Source of the DNA: an uncultured delta proteobacterium
GTDB taxonomy: Bacteria > Desulfobacterota > Binatia > UBA9968
Assembly: GCA_963755715.1 (NCBI GenBank)
Contig: CAVWLW010000008.1
Span: forward strand, 1 to 47,712
DNA: 47,712 nucleotides
Direction of reading: 5' to 3'
The position numbers and the translations under genes were made by a program. Of the stretch, positions 9,384-19,699 are shown in pieces. Numbering within the stretch: the stretch's first letter is position 1; every line of letters begins with the position of its first letter. The notes beneath the pieces were generated by a model that saw nothing but the letters and a program-made list of their open reading frames with translations, made no database searches and had not been told where the DNA came from.

Positions 9384-9573
9384 GGATGGCAGACGGTGGC
9401 TATCGTTGCTTTACCGGTTCTGTTTAGCTTAGTGCCCTTCGATCGGCATGAGTGTCACGTTCGATATCCCTGATCCGTGCCTCATTTTCGGGAGATTTTG
9501 CGGGGGACTTGCATGATGGCATTGGGTCGCTTGGCTCCCTCCATCCACTTTGGAACTAATCATCGGTGACGGG

Positions 9574-9945
9574 TCATAGGCATCGATTGTTGACTTTAAC
9601 CGTCGTTACCGGCCTTAGGAGCATTGGCCCCTGCCATCCCGGCTTAAAACTCTCAGACCAATGAGTCTTACTGCGACTTGAAAATAGCCGCGGGATGATT
9701 TGAGCTTGTAAGGGGTCTTTACCAATACCATTCATCTCCTGAAATTCATTTTCCGGTATGCCGAACGTTGCCAAAACGTAATTCAGCTTGTGGACTGACC
9801 CTGCTAGCGGAAGACTTAATTGGGCCTTGTTTTGTATGATATGAAGTAAGGTAACGCAAAGTGATCTAGACGCTGGGTCGGTATGATGCTTGGGGAAGTG
9901 CTCAGCCCACAATGTGCCGATGTAGCGGTCTTGACTAGAGTTCAT
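9574..9945 (-). CDS. Hypothetical protein
   Basis: 123-aa ORF with GGAGG SD before the ATG; no recognisable motif. Confidence 0.55.
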   Translation of the reverse strand: MNSSQDRYIGTLWAEHFPKHHTDPASRSLCVTLLHIIQNKAQLSLPLAGSVHKLNYVLATFGIPENEFQEMNGIGKDPLQAQIIPRLFSSRSKTHWSESFKPGWQGPMLLRPVTTVKVNNRCL

Positions 9946-10357
9946 TCAGTGCCTCCACATTTTGATTTAGAGTTATCTATGGAATTCAGAACGACTCAAA
10001 CGCAATAATAGGACCGCAGTGCAAATAAAGGAGATTTTGCCGCGCTATTCAGAACTTACGGTATGGAAAGCGAAAAATAAAACCTGGGCGCTTTGTCATC
10101 TGGTGTCAATTTGACGCCTAGAGTGACAAGTGACAATTCTCGTAGAACGAGCCAGCTTGTTGATCCCTGCCGGCAAAAATAACATTGATGGTATTAGCTG
10201 AGAGTCAGTGGTTGCAGGTGGACTGCATCCCTCCAACTGGAGAGTTTTCACTGAGAATTGAGCGGAGCGCGATCGGTGGTTTTTGTTTGAGTCGCCATTT
10301 AGTATTCCTGCGGGGGATAAATACCCTTGGCCTGGTCGCGATTAAATACGCTGTGAG

Positions 10358-10876
10358 ATGGCCCGCAATATTGAAATCAAGGCGCGTATCGAAGGCATCG
10401 AGGCGCTGCTGCCGAAACTGGCGGCGCTTGCGGACGAGGGGCCTATCGAAATACTTCAGGATGACTGGTTCTTTGGTTGCGAGTCGGGAAGATTGAAGCT
10501 GCGCGCGTTTTCCGACGCCGAGGGACAACTGATCTTTTATCGACGGCCGGATCAGCTGGGTCCCAAAGAGTCCTTCTACGCAATTTCTCCCACTGGTTCA
10601 CCCGATTCCCTGCGCGAGACGCTGTCTCTGGCCTACGGCACGATCGGCCGCGTGCGTAAACATCGCACGTTGTTCATGATCGGCCGAACCCGCGTGCACC
10701 TCGACCGCGTCGATGGGCTGGGACAATTCCTCGAATTGGAAGTCGTTCTTGAAAACCAGGAGACGGCGGCGTCCGGCACTGCGGTGGCGCAAGAACTTAT
10801 GGCTGACCTCGGTATCGAACCGTCGCAGCTTGTTGAAGGGGCTTATATTGATCTGCTCGCTCAAGGCCGCGGCTAA
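10358..10876 (+). CDS. cyaB: CYTH-domain protein / class IV adenylate cyclase
   Basis: NIEIKAR (ExExK-like), RLKLR, VRKHR, RVHLDRVDGLGQFLELEV. Confidence 0.88.
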   Translation: MARNIEIKARIEGIEALLPKLAALADEGPIEILQDDWFFGCESGRLKLRAFSDAEGQLIFYRRPDQLGPKESFYAISPTGSPDSLRETLSLAYGTIGRVRKHRTLFMIGRTRVHLDRVDGLGQFLELEVVLENQETAASGTAVAQELMADLGIEPSQLVEGAYIDLLAQGRG

Positions 10877-11050
10877 GGGGTCCATTGAGCGAACGTAGCT
10901 GGCCAGATCGGTTCAGGCGGTTTATAATTCAAGGCTATCGCTGATTTCATGCTATGGGCATTGCGCTTCGGCGTCTTCGTTGGCTGCTCGGAACAAGCCT
11001 ATTTGCGGATTTACGAGCGGCCAATTCGTAATTTTGGAAATTAACCGACA

Positions 11051-11581
11051 ATGATTTGGTCACGTACACGTTCCGTGATGTTCTTTATAGGCGCACTGAT
11101 CATTCTGAACTCATGCGTGAATCAACTAACGATGCACGCGCGTGACGGTGAAAGGTTGGATGGAAAATGGCGATTCGCGCGCGAAGGCAGCGGGTTGATT
11201 GAAGTCGAAGGGTCGGCCGGCGAGTTGTTGGTCGGTACTTTTAATCCCGTGCCGAGGCATATTTTTTTTGATGGCTATCAAAAGGCTTTTGGCGGCGGAA
11301 CAATCGACGCCGATGGGCCGGACGTCTCTGGATTTGGCAACGCCTTCGCCGGTGTCCTAGGAAATTCGAATGCTTTGATGGATACCGCTTATGGGGAAAA
11401 TTACAACAGCGCGGCGGGGAAGCCGGTTGTGGTAACCGGCCCACTGTTCTATTGGACGGCGAATCTCCGGGGCGACAGGAGAACAACGATGCAATGTTTC
11501 TTGATCGGCTCTTCGTACACCGGGCGCGGGCTCGGACGATGCAAAGGCGCCAGCGGTAAAGAATACACAGTACAGTTTTGA
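11051..11581 (+). CDS. Hypothetical lipoprotein
   Basis: Signal peptide with LNSC lipobox; C-terminal MQC...GLGRC. Confidence 0.65.
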   Translation: MIWSRTRSVMFFIGALIILNSCVNQLTMHARDGERLDGKWRFAREGSGLIEVEGSAGELLVGTFNPVPRHIFFDGYQKAFGGGTIDADGPDVSGFGNAFAGVLGNSNALMDTAYGENYNSAAGKPVVVTGPLFYWTANLRGDRRTTMQCFLIGSSYTGRGLGRCKGASGKEYTVQF

Positions 11582-11634
11582 GGCCGGTCGTTGTGCTTGG
11601 GCGCAGTATCGCAGCGAAAGTGCCTTGGTTCGAC

Positions 11635-12228
11635 TTAAACGATCCGGCGCCACTCTCTTTCGGTGAGAGGTAGCCGCGCGCTGTGAACGCTTCGACTCGA
11701 GGTCTTAGGCGCCGTCAGGCGATCCTGGGACTGTTTAATTTTCAACTTGATTTCCGACCATGAACAGCCGTTCTTAGCCAGCTTCATCAAAGCGACATAA
11801 CTCTTTTGCAGCGACGCTTCACTCAGCTTGGCACCGCTTCTAAGCTGTGCCGCTTTGAACTGATCAAAAGTAAAAATACTGGTCGGATCCTTCGCCCGCG
11901 CCAAATGAATTCGCGGAAGCTCTTTTGAATGTGTCCGCGACGCACGGCCTTGCAACTCCATGACCCGCCCCAAAATACGTTCGCGTCCTTTGCGCCCCTC
12001 TCCTCGCATGTGCTGCAGGCGTCGATCGATCCAGTACTTGCTGCGACTGAGCGCCAACGAAACTGCTTCAGCTTCGCTCAGGACCCGTGTCGGGAACCTG
12101 ACAAATTCAGACTCGCGAACTGGACCACTCGGCCAACTAATATCGGCCTGCGCTGCCCAGAGATTTGTCGCTGTGTCAAAACTCGGAAACGCCATGATAA
12201 CGTGCTCACGATAGCAGCGGCTCCACAT
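11635..12228 (-). CDS. Hypothetical protein
   Basis: 197-aa ORF with AGAGGAG SD; no known motif. Confidence 0.6.
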   Translation of the reverse strand: MWSRCYREHVIMAFPSFDTATNLWAAQADISWPSGPVRESEFVRFPTRVLSEAEAVSLALSRSKYWIDRRLQHMRGEGRKGRERILGRVMELQGRASRTHSKELPRIHLARAKDPTSIFTFDQFKAAQLRSGAKLSEASLQKSYVALMKLAKNGCSWSEIKLKIKQSQDRLTAPKTSSRSVHSARLPLTEREWRRIV

Positions 12229-12474
12229 GATAATTAACTCCTCTCTGGGTGGATACGATGGCAGGGCGCGAAGAGCTAATTTTTGTATTGGGCAAGGTGA
12301 AAGTGCGCAGGAACTTTATCCACCCGTAATAAGTGTGAGCCGATCGAATGCAAAAGGCAAGAGGTAAAAAACAAGTTACATAAAAATGCCCGAATTCTAA
12401 ATAACTAAGTGAATCACCCATACCTTGTGTAGGCGGCACGGGTGATTCATGTCCTTAGCGACAGGATCCCCAGG

Positions 12475-12795
12475 TTATCGGTGATCCCACCATCCCACAC
12501 CCCCATAACGGCGTCCGTTATTGTAATTGTGCCAACGATCGTTTCGCCACTCTCGTCGATCCTGCCAAATATCCCGGCGTTCGCGGGCGATGGCAGCGCG
12601 GTCTCTAGCTATTTCGCCGCGACCAGCGCCCCGACGAATATCACTACGCAATTCGCGCCGAGCAGCCGAAAGCTCCTGGCGATCACGGCGGAAATCATTT
12701 CTTCGATGGCCCCAATCCGCGGACGCAGACGCGGTAAAGGCCAATAAGCCGCTAAACAACGCCATTCCGGCGATTATATTTTTACTGGTTTTTAT
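12475..12795 (-). CDS. Small secreted Arg/Asp-rich protein
   Basis: Signal peptide ending ASA-D, RD-rich helical repeats; start at ATA 12795 (good SD) or ATG 12765. Confidence 0.6.
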   Translation of the reverse strand: MKTSKNIIAGMALFSGLLAFTASASADWGHRRNDFRRDRQELSAARRELRSDIRRGAGRGEIARDRAAIARERRDIWQDRREWRNDRWHNYNNGRRYGGVGWWDHR

Positions 12796-12912
12796 ATTTT
12801 TCTCCCTTCCGATTGTTTTGACGCAGCAGTGACCGAAATGTTTCAGCAATGCAGTGCGAATTAGAGCATGCAGATTTAGGCCGAATTCCGCGTGCTTACG
12901 AGGACGGCTTGC

Positions 12913-12952
12913 TGTAGGAAATGTTTCGGCCGCAAAAAGGAATTTTCCGACA
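12913..12952. promoter_or_regulatory. Candidate enhancer-binding-protein site (UAS)
   Basis: Inverted repeat TGTAGGAAA...TTTCCGACA about 100-140 bp upstream of a sigma54 promoter. Confidence 0.4.
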
Positions 12953-13049
12953 GAGTCAGTAAAAACCATGCACCTGTCCGAAGATCATTTTGCCAAATCC
13001 GTAAAGTTTTTACTCGGCTATCGTCTAGTTAGTCGTTCTTCCGGCGCAA

Positions 13050-13064
13050 TGGCACGGGGCTTGC
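13050..13064 (+). promoter_or_regulatory. Sigma54 (-24/-12) promoter of the DegP-like gene
   Basis: TGGCACGGGGCTTGC, an exact TGGCAC-N5-TTGC match. Confidence 0.75.
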
Positions 13065-13148
13065 GCGCGTAACCTCTGTTGTTGGCTTAGGGGAATAACA
13101 CACAGATCTTTTTCCTTTTCGGTGCCAATGAGCGTTCGGAGGATTGCT

Positions 13149-14297
13149 ATGCGCAAAACGAAAATGCCATGGTTTTTATGCCTGTTGATGTTGAGCACAT
13201 TGGGCTGCGCAGGAACTAACGGGCAGCGAGATTTAGGCGGAACGACAGGTCGAATGGCCTCGCGCAGCTCACAGCGCGGCCCGGACTTTGTCAGTCTCGT
13301 AAAAAAATTGCAGCCCACCGTCGTCAATGTGTCTGTGTCGATTGTGCCGCCGGTGACGCTGCAACCCGGCGCTCAGCGCCAGGATGATTCCGCCGATGAT
13401 CTGATGGAGAAATTTTTCGGCGTGCCGCCTTCGGCCGCGCCGGCGCCGCAACGCCAGCAGGGTTCGGGCTTCATCATCGGCTCAGAGGGAATCATTGTAA
13501 CCAATGCGCATGTCGTCGAAAGCGCAAAAAAAATCATCGTTAAATTAAGCGATAAACGGGAGTTCGAGGCCCGGGTTATCGGTAAAGATCTGCCCACCGA
13601 CATTGCCCTTTTAAAGATTGCAGTCAGCGAAACCTTGCCTACCATCGGACTCGGAGACTCCGATCAAGTCGAAGTAGGCGAGTGGGTAATGGCCGTAGGG
13701 AATCCATTTGGCCTGGAAAATAGCGTCAGCTCGGGCATCGTCAGCGGCAAAGGACGCCATATTGGCGAGGCTTACGATCGCCTCATTCAAACCGATGCGC
13801 CGTTAAATCCCGGCAGTTCCGGCGGACCGCTGATCAATCTCAATGGGCAGGTAGTCGGCATCAATAAAGCGATTGTGAGCGAAACCGGCGGTAGTATCGG
13901 CATCAGCTTCGCGACGCCCATCAACTCGGTTAAAGAAATTCTGCCGCAGCTCCAAACGACGGGCAAAGTTACGCGCGGCTGGGCCGGGTTGGCTATTCAG
14001 GAAATGAACTCAGCGCTGGCGGATACGCTCGGCGTTAAAAAACCCGGCGGTGCTCTGGTCGCCGGTATTGTGAAAGGCGGCCCTGCGGATCGTGGTGGCG
14101 TGAAGCTTGGCGACGTGATTACGGAATTCGACGGCAAGACCGTCAGCGACGCTCTCGACTTACCGATTTGGATCGCGCGCACGCCGCTGGGGAAACAAGT
14201 TCAGCTTAAAATCCAACGAGAGCAGCGCGAAATGGATCTGAATCTCACGGTCGCCGAGCTGCCCCAGGGACCGATGCAGAGAAAAGACATCGGCTGA
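13149..14297 (+). CDS. HtrA/DegP (Do) family serine protease with one PDZ domain, probable lipoprotein
   Basis: GSGFII, TNAHV, DIALLK, QTDAPLNPGSSGGPL, PDZ; TLGC lipobox. Confidence 0.92.
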   Translation: MRKTKMPWFLCLLMLSTLGCAGTNGQRDLGGTTGRMASRSSQRGPDFVSLVKKLQPTVVNVSVSIVPPVTLQPGAQRQDDSADDLMEKFFGVPPSAAPAPQRQQGSGFIIGSEGIIVTNAHVVESAKKIIVKLSDKREFEARVIGKDLPTDIALLKIAVSETLPTIGLGDSDQVEVGEWVMAVGNPFGLENSVSSGIVSGKGRHIGEAYDRLIQTDAPLNPGSSGGPLINLNGQVVGINKAIVSETGGSIGISFATPINSVKEILPQLQTTGKVTRGWAGLAIQEMNSALADTLGVKKPGGALVAGIVKGGPADRGGVKLGDVITEFDGKTVSDALDLPIWIARTPLGKQVQLKIQREQREMDLNLTVAELPQGPMQRKDIG

Positions 14298-14419
14298 GTC
14301 TTTCCCTGAAAGCATCGAAAAAAAGCCGCGAGTCGCAGGGCGCTGTGGCGGCTCCCTTGTCGAGATTTCCCAGTGCGCTATGATGGGGTCACTCGGATCA
14401 TTGGGAGGCGGCGATTTTC

Positions 14420-14719
14420 ATGGCGATGACACAACTCATTCAAAAACTTGGGCCCCTGGTTCTGGAGAGTGCGGCGGCGGTAAGCTATCTGCGAAAATAC
14501 ATGGGCGAATCCCGCTCAAACGGCGCGGAAGCGCGGCTGGCCGCGCTTGAAAATGCCATCGAGGTACAGTCGACATTCAATAAAACCGTCGAGGTGCAGA
14601 TGAATCTGATTGTCGCGCTCCTCGAAAAAGCCCAGAAAAAACTGCAACTCGCGATCCTCGCTCTGATCGCGACGGGAACCCTCGCTGCTATCGCCCTGGC
14701 TGCCGCCTTGATGAAATAG
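14420..14719 (+). CDS. Hypothetical protein, coiled coil with C-terminal TM
   Basis: GGAGG SD; hydrophobic C-terminus. Confidence 0.6.
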   Translation: MAMTQLIQKLGPLVLESAAAVSYLRKYMGESRSNGAEARLAALENAIEVQSTFNKTVEVQMNLIVALLEKAQKKLQLAILALIATGTLAAIALAAALMK

Positions 14720-14806
14720 GACCGTCGTTTATCTCGCCTCTTTTCCTTTCCGCGCGATCGTCGGTTATATTTAATTTTTGCCGGCCTTGAGTCCGAACCA
14801 ACTCGC

Positions 14807-16709
14807 ATGCCGTTATTGCGCCTTGAAAATCTATCCTTAGCTTACGGGCATCTACCGTTGTTGTTGCACGTCGACTTGCAAATCGATGCCGGCGAACGAG
14901 TCTGTCTCGTCGGCCGCAACGGCACCGGCAAGACAACGCTGTTTCGCGTTCTCACCGGCGTGGCGATTCCAGACGAAGGAGACGTCCGGCGCATGGACAC
15001 ATTGCGCATCGCTCATCTCGAACAGGAAGTGCCGCCGGATACCGACCAGACCATCTTCGAAGTCGTCGCCGGCGGTATCGGCGAGTTGGGCACGCTATTG
15101 ACCGAATATCACAACCTCACTCTGCATGACGGCTTGGCGCAGCGCGAATCGTTGCGCGCGTTGGCCGAGCTTCAAGGGCGCATAGAAATGCTCGACGGCT
15201 GGAATATCAACCAAAAGGTCGAGACGGTTTTGACCCGCTTGAATTTGCCGGAAGATAAACGGCTGGTGGACTGTTCCGGCGGCACACGCCGCCAAGTGAT
15301 GCTCGCGCGGGCGCTGGTGAGCGAGCCAGGATTTGCTGCTGCTCGACGAGCCGACCAACCATTTGGATATCAACGCGATCACCTGGCTGGAAAAATATTT
15401 GCTGAGCTACAACGGCGCCGTCATGTTCATCACCCACGACCGCACGTTCGTGCGCCGCTTGGCTACCCGGATCGTCGAGTTGGACCGCGGCAGACTCGTT
15501 TCGTTTCCCGGCGATTTCGCTGCGTACCTGCGCAAGAAAGACGAGATGCTCGAGATCGAAGAACGCGCTAACGCCAAATTCGACAAGAAGCTCGCGGAGG
15601 AGGAAACGTGGATCCGCCGCGGCATCAAAGCCCGGCGCACGCGCAACGAAGGTCGGGTCAGGGCGCTGCAGGCGATGCGCCGCGAAAAGGCGCAACGCCT
15701 CGAGGTCCAGGGAACGGCGCGCTTCGGCATCGACGCCGGTGCTTTGTCCGGCAGGCTTGTCGTCGACGTGCGCCAGGTGAGCTTTCGCTTCGGTGAGGAG
15801 CCGATCATCCGCGATCTCTCGACGCGCATTCTCCGCGGCGATCGGGTCGGCATCATCGGGCCGAACGGCTCCGGCAAAAGCACTTTGCTCAGGCTGATTC
15901 TTGGCGAGCTTGAACCGAGCAGCGGCGAAGTGGTGTTGGGGACCAAACTGCAAGTGGCCTACTTCGATCAACACCGGCGCACTCTCGACGTGGAAAAAAG
16001 CGTGCGCGAAAATATGAGCGACTCGGATTACGTTACAGTCCGCGGCCGCTCGCGCCACGTCATCGGCTATCTAAAAGATTTTCTTTTTCCGCCGGAGCGC
16101 ATCGACTCGCCGGTCAAGGCTTTGTCCGGCGGCGAACGCAACCGCTTGCTGCTGGCAAAGATATTCACCCAATCGGCCAACATGATGGTTCTCGATGAGC
16201 CGACCAACGATCTCGATGTCGACACTCTGGAGCTGCTCGAAGAGCTTTTGGCGGAGTACGAAGGCACGCTCTTATTGGTGAGCCACGACCGGACGTTTCT
16301 CGACAATGTCGTCACCAGCACGCTGGTTTTCGAAGGGGAGGGAAGATTCAGGGAATACGCCGGTGGCTACGAAGATTGGGAACGCTATCAGCGCTCGATC
16401 CCCGAAGTGCCGATCCCTGGCGCTAAAGGCTCGAGCGCGACGGCGATCTCAGGGCAACCGGAAATCAAGCCAAGCAACAAGCCACGCAAGCTGAGCTACA
16501 AAGAGCGGCGCGAGTTGGAAGCGTTGCCGGCCAAGATCGAGGCGCTGGAAACGGAGCAAGCGGAATTGCATGAGCGCATGGGTCACTCGGCTTTCTATCG
16601 ACAGCCGGGTGATCAGATAACCTCGACGATCGACCGGCTGGAAGCGGTGAAACGCGAGCTCGAAGAATCCTATGAGCGTTGGCAAACACTGGAATCGATC
16701 GCTTCGTGA
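14807..16709 (+). CDS. uup: ABC-F family ATPase Uup (frameshift near 15330, probably sequencing error)
   Basis: Two ABC domains (GRNGTGKT, LLLDEPTNHLD; GPNGSGKS, LSGGERNR), IKARRTRNEGRVRAL linker, C-terminal KLSYKE coiled coil. Confidence 0.9.
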
Positions 16710-16789
16710 TCAAACGACGTTGGCGTTGCGATCATTCTTCATGAACCCGTAGAATGTCGCGGCCGCGGGCAATCGCGCCGCATCAGTTT

Positions 16790-17807
16790 TTATTGATACA
16801 GCGCTTTAATGAAGCCGCTTTCTTCCAAAGATTTGATCAGGCTGTTGTCGATGAATGAGCTCGCATCGGCGTTTTTCGCTTTGGGAAAATCCTTGACGAG
16901 AAATTCCAGCACCGTCTTGGCGCCGTTCACGGAGGGCGCGGGAACGTTTTCAATGTACTGCGACGCGTAGAGCTGATAGGAGCGCTCCAGGTAAGTTTCT
17001 TTGCCTTTTTCGATGCGCATTTTTTTCATGAGAATTCGTATGGAGTCGTCTTTGTTTCTTTTAAAATAGGCAACGCCTTCGACAAATGCTTTCATGAATC
17101 TGAGCGCGGCATCGCGATGTGACCGCAGATAGGCGCGCGATGCGACGAGGACGTTCTGTAAATATTGAATGTCCATCGCCGCCGGGTCTGCCAGGGTTTT
17201 GAAACCGGCGTCTTCGGCCATGAAAAACGACGGGTCTTGGAGTACAGCGCCGTCGATGCCGTTCTTTTGCAGACTAATGAACATGATCGGCGATGAGCCT
17301 AATTGGACAACCTGGACATCGTCCGGATTCTGCCCCCATTTTCTCTGCAGCAGCAGCAAGGCCAGATGCCCGGACGAGCCCAGCGCCGTCACGCCGATTC
17401 TTTTGCCTTTGAGCGCCTCGGGCGTTTTGATTTCCGGTTTGACGATCAGGCGCTGTACGCCTTTATTATTCCCAGCCGCAACCATAACCACGTCGGCGCC
17501 TCCGAGCGCGGCGCTGATTGCTGCGCCGCCACCGGTCGTGCCGAACTGGAGATCGCCGGCCATTACGGCGCTGACCGCCCGGGTCGCGCCGCCGCCCACG
17601 ACGATCAACTCCGGCTCGATATCATATTTTCGGAAAATGCCTTTTTCTTCCGCGATCCACGCGGGGCTGTTGGCTAAACTCAGCGCCGAAAAACCCAGGC
17701 GCACTTTGTCGGCGGCATAAACTTGAGTGGCAAGACCGATCCAGCGCGCTGTTGAGAAGCATGGCACATAAAATCAGAATAAATGATCCCGTTGGTTTGC
17801 TTTTCAT
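16790..17807 (-). CDS. ABC substrate-binding protein, NMT1/SsuA-like (signal peptide frameshifted)
   Basis: WIAEEKGIFRKY, LKGKRIGV, FMKAFVEG; signal peptide MKSKPTGSFILILCAMLL in the adjacent frame. Confidence 0.85.
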
Positions 17808-17889
17808 CCTCGCCCATTCCTCCCGGCTGCAACGATAGAAACGCATTCACTGGCTTTTGACATCGTTCTCGCAACTGTCAAAAAACGCG

Positions 17890-18612
17890 TCATTGAACCG
17901 ACGGCCATTCCGCTAACAATCTGCCGTAATTTTTGACCGAGTATTTCAGCCCCAACCTTGATAACAGGTTCCAAATCATCGACGTGTTACTGGTAACGAC
18001 CGGCACATGGAGCCGATCTTCAATGCGCTGAATGATCGGCAGTGGGTCCATGGTTGCACCTTGAAAATAAATCGCTTGCGTCGGAGTTTTTCGGAACATT
18101 TCTTCGACAAGATTAAAGAGCTGATCCGGGCTTAGATTCAAAGACGTGCCGGGTATACGGTTGTCGAACGCGGGACCGAGATGGAGTGTGAAGCCGAGCT
18201 TATCGACGTGTGCTTTGATGCCTTCGTTCGAAGCGCGATCGAACGGCGTCATGAGCAGTACCGATTTGGCGCCGAACACCGTCAGCGCGGCGGTGGCAGA
18301 GGAAATCGCGCTGACGACTGGCAACCCGGTCGCGTCGGCAACTTTCGCTTCTATAGCGGGATTGAATAGCGTGACGAAACCGCCGGTGAGCATGAGACCC
18401 GCGACTTTGTGTTTGTTGACCAATTCGCGCGCGCGAGCCACGATCACGTCCTCTTTGCCGGCAAGATCCTGATAGGACTCGCCGAGCAAACCGAGACCTT
18501 CATGCGCGATGGACACGCCAGGAGGCAATATTCCATCAAGTGACTTGAAGTGTGGACGGTTGGGAGTTGCCGGCGAGAGAATGCCAATTTGTATCGGGCT
18601 GTTTGTTGCCAT
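17890..18612 (-). CDS. Maleate isomerase / arylmalonate decarboxylase family protein
   Basis: TGLPVVS, LMTPF, IEDRLHVPVVTSN, YGRLL; no Cys residues. Confidence 0.75.
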   Translation of the reverse strand: MATNSPIQIGILSPATPNRPHFKSLDGILPPGVSIAHEGLGLLGESYQDLAGKEDVIVARARELVNKHKVAGLMLTGGFVTLFNPAIEAKVADATGLPVVSAISSATAALTVFGAKSVLLMTPFDRASNEGIKAHVDKLGFTLHLGPAFDNRIPGTSLNLSPDQLFNLVEEMFRKTPTQAIYFQGATMDPLPIIQRIEDRLHVPVVTSNTSMIWNLLSRLGLKYSVKNYGRLLAEWPSVQ

Positions 18613-18748
18613 CGGTAAACTCCTTGATTGATGATTTCGCGTATAACACGAATGAGAAAGTCCGACCAGTCGCTCCTCGCAAAGGAGTTTGAACAAAGCG
18701 ATCGAATCTCGCATAGTGGGTTTTAGTTTCTTCGCCTGGAGGATGTTC

Positions 18749-19676
18749 GTGCAATTTCGTATCGCAGCCGTAGATCTTGGTCAGCAACACGTGCTTTCCC
18801 GCGCTCGCCGCCGATGAGTTGGGCTACTTCAAAGCGGAAGGATTGGACGCGCATATCGGACTGGCCGCGATGTTGGGCGCGACCAAGGCACTGCGCGAAG
18901 GCAGTGCGGACGCCATGATCGCCGGCTCGGTGCACGATGTGCTAACCGAATTCCCCGATTGGCAAGGCGTCAAGATCGTCGTTGCGTTGTCGCAAGGCAC
19001 GCCGTGGCTCTTGACAGTGCGCGCCGATCTTCCGGCTAAGCGCGGGGATATCAACGCAGTGAAAGGGCTGCGCATTACCGCGGCAGAGGGGCCGGACTTG
19101 GCGCTCAAACGACTGCTCCGCGGTGCGGGTATTGAACCTGGACGCGATGTGGAAATTGTCGAACTGCCCGGCGCCAAGTTACGCGATGTCTCTTTCGGCG
19201 TGTTCGCCGCGCGCGCCCTCGAGGCCCGACAAGTCGATGGCTTCTGGGCCAACGCCATGGGCGCTGAGACCGCGGTCAGTCACGGGGCGGGGAAGGTCCT
19301 GATCGATGTGCGCCGCGGCGATGATCCCGACGAAGTGCGCTATTTCACATTCGCCGGAATGGCGACGACAGATAAATTCATCGGCAAGGAACCCGACGCC
19401 GTCGCCGCGGCGGTGCGGGCGATCGTCAAGGCGCAAAAAGCGCTGCGCACCGATCCGTCTTTGGCGCGCGAAGTCGGCAAGCGAAAATTTCCTGCGGACG
19501 CGGCGGAACTGATTACCAATGTTGTCGCGCGTGACATCGAGTTCTACAATCCCGGGATTACTGAAGACGCGATCGCTAAAATGAATAGCTTCGCCCAATC
19601 GGTGGGACATTTATCGGTGCCGGTAGCGTATGACAAAGTCGTTGCGGTTCAATATCGCGACTTGTGGCAAAGCTGA
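18749..19676 (+). CDS. NMT1/THI5-like substrate-binding-fold protein (frameshift near 18777)
   Basis: ADELGYFKAEGL, VKGLRI, AAVRAIVKAQ; GTG at 18749 after GGAGG. Confidence 0.8.
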
Positions 19677-19699
19677 CAAGCGAAGTTTAGCTCGTTTGA

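Noticed and set aside
15320-15340. Programmed frameshift in uup
   Set aside because: No slippery heptamer, and similar indels occur throughout the window.
15207-16058. Long antisense ORFs (e.g. 15207-16058, 25114-25926, 42250-42966)
   Set aside because: Shadows of well-supported genes on the opposite strand, expected in GC-rich DNA.
17855-17883. Inverted repeat TTTTGACA-N13-TGTCAAAA
   Set aside because: Could be an operator or weak terminator, but it is a single copy with no supporting -10 or regulator.
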